From Setoptus koraiensis (taxonomy: Eukaryota; Animalia; Arthropoda): a DNA stretch of 64,000 bases. The notes under the pieces were generated by a model. The model did not search any database and was not told where the DNA came from. It saw nothing but the letters and a program-made list of their open reading frames with translations. Positions 58,922 to 64,000 of this stretch are shown here, piece by piece (the stretch's first letter is position 1; each line of letters starts with the position of its first letter). The stretch spans positions 8,246,001 through 8,310,000 of the forward strand of contig CM106586.1 of assembly GCA_048013815.1 (NCBI GenBank). Reading direction: 5' to 3'. A program made the translations under genes and the position numbers.

Positions 58922-61900
58922 TCAAGATAATTCATCATCTAAGATCGACTCGATAGCTAAAGCTGCTTCACTGTCAGGCACAGATGAAAATCTTGATTTG
59001 TTCCATTTATCTGACAAAAGCCAGTTATCCATTTTTGAAGGTGATCGATGTAAATTGTCTAGATCATCAGATCGCAACTCTGGTGATTTTTCTCCATAAG
59101 CTAGAAAATCTGTTGCTTTCAGAGCCGAATCATCTTGATTGATCTCAATAGGTTCTTGCTTTATAGGTGATAGCGTTGAGCTTGTTATTTCCTGTCTTTC
59201 AGTGGGTAAAAGACTGTCGGGGTCTAAAACTGGAGATTGAGAATAGTCAGGATGTAAATAATATTACAAAATTGTTCAACTAATCATAATACTACTTTGA
59301 TATGCTATGGTGTCGAACTTACTTTCTCCATCATTGATACAGTCACGAGCCTTCTTCAAAAGAGCTTGCTCTTCATTTATAAATATTTGGTCAATCATAA
59401 CTTGTTCAGCCTTCGGCACCATGTTCTTTATTGATGATATCGTGTAGAAAAAATTAAATCTATTTGAGTATCCAAATTTTTCAGTAACTAGAATTAATAG
59501 ATTTAGAAAATATGATGATAATACTAACCATGCTTTGCTTCAAGATCAAGAGCCTGAATTTGTCGTAGATTCTTTTCTTCTTCGCTAGCAAGGTTTCCGC
59601 AGCAACTTCGAAAATTTGGTCAACTGTAACGGTAGAATCAGAGGAAGACAACTTTAGTGAGAAGTTCATTGAAAGAGTGCTCCGAGTGTTTATACTGAAA
59701 TGCAAGCTTACTTTTTTCGATATCTGCTTCCGAGATCGTAGGGGAGTCAAAGACGTGATATCTTAACAGTCTTTTACAAGCATCCTCTAATGACTTAAAA
59801 GGTTGCTTGATCTGAGGATTAAGGGCAGCTCCTTGATCTGCTTCTAATTGCCGGTGAATAGGTTGAGGAAAAACCTCGCTTGTTGCACGAACTCCACTAG
59901 AATTTCCAACATTGTGTTGTTGAGATGATGTTATTCCATTGCTGTTCATTTCACTGATAATACTGCTCCTCAGCGCCACCAGATTGATTGAGTTTTGGTT
60001 GGTTTCTGTCATTGTATGTGGCTCGATTTTCACTTGTTCTGGTGCTATAGAGACTGATGTCGATGTTATTGATGTTGACGAGCTGATAGGGGCGATGGAC
60101 TCAATTAATCTAGAGCTTGTCACGTTATCGATTGTCGGGTGGGGATTAGAATCGACATTACCTGAGGCGGCTGCTATTGAGTTATTTGCAGCAGTCCGTG
60201 GACTGACTAAAGCATTCGAAGTTGGTTGATTCAAAGGAGTTGCCGGTCCTACGATGGGAGCCTGATTGGTTAGAGCAGGACCACCTACTAAATTCGTTTC
60301 TGTCGAAATAAAACTTGTACCTATCGCTCCGCTGCTCAAAGGCTGTAGGGCGGCCGTTTGAACCACAGGTGTCATAATTTTTGCTACAGGTACCTGAGGG
60401 AGTTCGGATAGATTAGGCTTCACATCAGCAGTTAACGAATTGTTGCTACTATCCACTATCACACTGATAGGAATCATCGTAGCGACGGATTGCATTTGCT
60501 GTTGAGCTGCTAGCTGCTGTCTACGACAGGGGGTCTTAAGTGTAGGAAACTTTTCAATTTCGTTCTTCTTAGACCTTGAGCGTTTTGTTGTTGTCGATTT
60601 CGCACCCCCTTTTGCAGCCTTTGTACCTTTCTTCGTGGTGGAAGGAGTTGTTGAGGGTGTCGCCACGCTTGTTGATGTAGTAGTAGAAGTAATGAGAGGA
60701 GGATTGTTCACTATGTTGTTTGTTGCAACAGTGGGCATATTAATGGGTCTTATAGCTCCAAATATTTGAGGTGGGAAGATAAGACTGCCATCAGGGTTGA
60801 TTGCGATTCTAACAGGTTGCTGCAGTTGTGGTTGTGTTTGAGTAACAGGAATAGATTGGATAGTTTCCATAGGTTGGGGTGTGGACTGGAGAACTGGCAT
60901 AGGGGTGGATGACTGAGAGTTGTTCGAATTTTGGCAGTTAGGAGATAGAGGGGGACTCTTTTCCTCTGGTAAAATTCCATGGGATAGAAGTAAGTCCCCT
61001 AGATTAAGACCAGGCTTAGAGCTAGATTGTTGCTTAGTCGGTGTCGGTCTTGATTGCTGCTGATGCTGCATCGGCATATTTGACATCCTATTCGGTTGTT
61101 GCTGAAGTGACTGTGAGCCGTAGTCAATCATATTTTGATTGTTCTGTATCTGCCCTTGCTGTAGTGCTAAAAGCATCGGTCCGTTGGGGGTTTGTATCTG
61201 AATAAATTGCTGCTGTCCCGGCAACAACTGTCCTGGATTAGCTAATGGACGGTTGAGAATAAGGTTTGACACTCGTGGCATCATAATTTGAGACTGTGAT
61301 GTAGACGGCATTATCATGTGCTGAGGTTGAGTTGTCGTCAATGTTGGGCTTTGCTGGTTGCTCATTGAAATTGATTGATTAGACATGGTAGAGGTTGCCA
61401 TATTTTGATGCTGCGTTGAGGTGACCATTTGCTGCTGTTGTTGGTGTTGTTGTTGGTGTTGTTGCTGCTGTTGTTGTTGTTGCTGTCCATTCACAATTAT
61501 ACCCGTAGTACCTTGTTGCTGAAAATTCTGACCCTGCACCAATATCCGATTATTTTGATTGGAGTTAAGTTGATTTTGTTGATCTTGCTGCTGATTTTGT
61601 ATACCTATTGTTTGACTAGGCATAATGTTCAAAGGTAGTCTTTGTTGTTGCTGCTGTACATTTTGTATTTGTTGTCCATTCAGCATCACAGATGAATTTG
61701 TCTGTGAGCTCATAGATTGAGATTGCTGTTGTGTCGTCTGAAGCTGAGAATTTTGTTGGTTCTGGTTCTGAAATTGATTGGGGGAGTTTGTGGAAAATTG
61801 ATTTTGTTCTAGGGATTGATTTGAAACGGCTACTTGGTTTGACATGAAGGGAGAAGAAATCCTCTGTTGTTGCTGAATATTAGATAACTGCTGTCCATCA

Positions 61901-63051
61901 AGCATCATAGTGGTATTTCCTTGTAAGCGAATCCCTTGAGATTGTTGTTGCATAGGGGCTTGTTGATTCATTAATGAGTTATCATTACTTGATATGCTCG
62001 GGGGTGGAGCTGGAGCGATAGCAAAATACATAGGTCCATTTTGTGTCTGTATTTGTATCAATCTCTGTTGTGGTTGAAGACCAATTGGCCTCGGACCCAT
62101 ATTGTGACCCAAAATAGCCTGGTGCCTAATGCCTGTATTAGGATTCTGAATTAATATTTGCGGCCCTGGATTTGGACTATATGTCATCGGTTGTTGTAAA
62201 TTTTGCTGATTAACTGCTTTAGATGGGGATTGATTATTGGTAGCAGTCTTTTTAGCACGAGGTGCCCGAGTTGTGGATCTACCACCTCCTCTAGCAGCCC
62301 TTTTTGCTGCTGTTGTTGGCCTCGGGGTATTGATTGTGGGGGAAGATGATATGGTAGAAACAGTAGATAAGCCTGTACTTGCTACTGTTGTTGTTGTTTG
62401 TACTGGAGATGTGTGAGACATTGTTGAGAGTGACATGTTGGAAATGGGTGCTGTGGGCGTCGCTGCTGGTGATGCAGTTGTATTTGAATTTGCTTGCGCC
62501 GGTGCCGAGGCCGATGTAAATGCAAACGCAACTGTGGTTGCAGGGTCAACATCCTTGATTGGCTCTGCTGGTGAACTACTAACCTGTGCAAAATTTGGGA
62601 TGGAGGCCTGTTCAATCGATGATGGTGGGTCTTGTTGAGGCAGGGTGGTCTGTTGCAACATAGAATCCATAGATTCACTCTGTTGCCTTGGTGGTGTATG
62701 AGGCTGGACTTCAATATTGTTTTGGGTAACATCTGTTTGGTTTGTGTTTGCTTGGGGTTCTGATATAAATTGTGGGCCCGATAAAGGTGCTGAAGGTGAC
62801 GGAAACGAATTTTGTTGTGTATTTGCTGTAGTTTCAGGAATTACTGTGTCTTTCTCAGATTTAGTGGAAGATATAATAGGCGTGGAATTGGTAGTTGTTG
62901 TATTAGTAGTTACAGTGGATGAGTTATTTAAATTATTTGCTGGTGTAGCGGTATTTGTAGTTGAAGTTGCATCGGGTACACTTTCTAAGAAAGATTGGAG
63001 AAGCTGAGGATCATTAATGACATCAAGCAAACATTTATTTTGGTCCATCAT
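58922..63051 (-). CDS. BICRA: BICRA/GLTSCR1-family ncBAF subunit, 4 exons, about 1281 aa: complement join(59712..63051,59529..59623,59323..59425,58922..59229)
   Basis: A long Q/S/T/P-rich region precedes a GLTSCR1 domain rebuilt across three short introns: PFKSLEDACKRLLRYHVF...EK|IDQIFEVAAETLLAKKKRIYDKFRLLILKQSM|NMVPKAEQVMIDQIFINEE. The last exon ends EAALAIESILDDELS*. The exon 3 acceptor (AAG at 59426) is the least certain boundary. Confidence 0.85.
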
Positions 63052-64000
63052 CCATCACCTCCAACGGTGGTCTAATAGAGCGGCCTAATTTTTTTTTTTT
63101 AATATTCTGGTGGCTAAATGAAGAGAATTTGCTAAAATTCATGCAATCAACTGTGGTTGGTATTAGCTGTTGGCTACCGTCGGATCCTTTGAATCATCCT
63201 TGTACAATCAATGGTAACAATTGTAAATTTAATAAAGAGTAACCAATAATGGTAGTAATATTGTTGTTGTTGGTGTTGTTGTTGTTGTGCTGCCAAAGAT
63301 TATGCTATTGGCTAAGAAATCATTTTTTTTATATTGCACTGCACATCAATTAATTTTACATTTGAATAAATAAATCAAGAAGAAGAAAAAAATTACAATT
63401 TGATTATATTCCTATACAGTGCGATGCTACAGTAGATTTGTGTGCGTGTATATTTGACAACAAATAGTACAACAGTTAAAATAAGAGTTTTTTGAGGTCA
63501 AAATGTGTGCACAGAAATCATAGCAGTTTCTTAGCATAGCATAGAGCTTCTAATCCTTTTGATGGGTAAACGAGGGCGCCTTCATCTATTGTAGCTATGA
63601 CGATGGGCGTACAGGTTGAAGATTTCAGGTAATAACACTGACTTAACTAAATCATTTATTATTGCATGCCATTGATTGACAAACTAACTGAGATTTGAAT
63701 TCAACCTGGCGTCTATAACTAGAAACATTAATATCTGGCTCACATGAGAGCTTACTTTGTACAATTGGCATTTGCTGCGCGCATGCTCGCTGTTGGTGTT
63801 TGAATTCAAAAAGCGCGAAACTTAAAATTGAAAAAAAAAGAAGAAAAAAAGAAGAAAAAGAAAAACAACACAATGGCCAAGAATTGCACATTACATTGAG
63901 CGAGCAATGCACGGGTCCATTTCGGGGAAATTGGTTCGGGTAAAATCTGTAGTATCCCCCTCTTTACTTTTTGTGAGGGACCCGCGGCGCGCCGAAAGTT

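Noticed and set aside
59638-59711. C-terminal SKLAFQYKHSEHSFNELLTKVVFL of the 1137-aa ORF
   Set aside because: Read-through into intron 1 of BICRA; GLTSCR1 homology continues only after splicing at 59711/59624.

Overview
Eukaryotic DNA from a compact, intron-poor arthropod genome (mite-like; this taxonomy is inference). Two gene-dense, AT-richer flanks bracket one GC-rich, low-complexity developmental locus. Left flank (1-9.5 kb): the 5' part of intersectin/Dap160 (minus), a stand-alone SCP2-SCP2 gene made by partial tandem duplication, its parent (an HSD17B4/MFE-2-type dehydrogenase fused to two SCP2 domains, no hydratase) and intronless RPL13. Middle (about 9.8-53.7 kb): about 25 kb with no recognisable gene, then a 7-exon toy-type Pax6 (34778-46824, about 1613 aa, repeat-inflated, with unusual paired-domain and homeodomain substitutions), then a spliced secreted neuropeptide precursor (51181-52066) whose SDQRLAEIQTLLAL core resembles arthropod PTH-like/PXXXamide peptides and is absent from the ORF track. 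Right flank: C-terminally truncated UFL1, TRAPPC5, NADP-IDH and a 4-exon BICRA/GLTSCR1. I found no rRNA, tRNA, CRISPR array or recognisable transposon. Most short ORFs between 10 and 53 kb are artefacts of GC-rich repeats. All family assignments are from remembered motifs; no database search was run.
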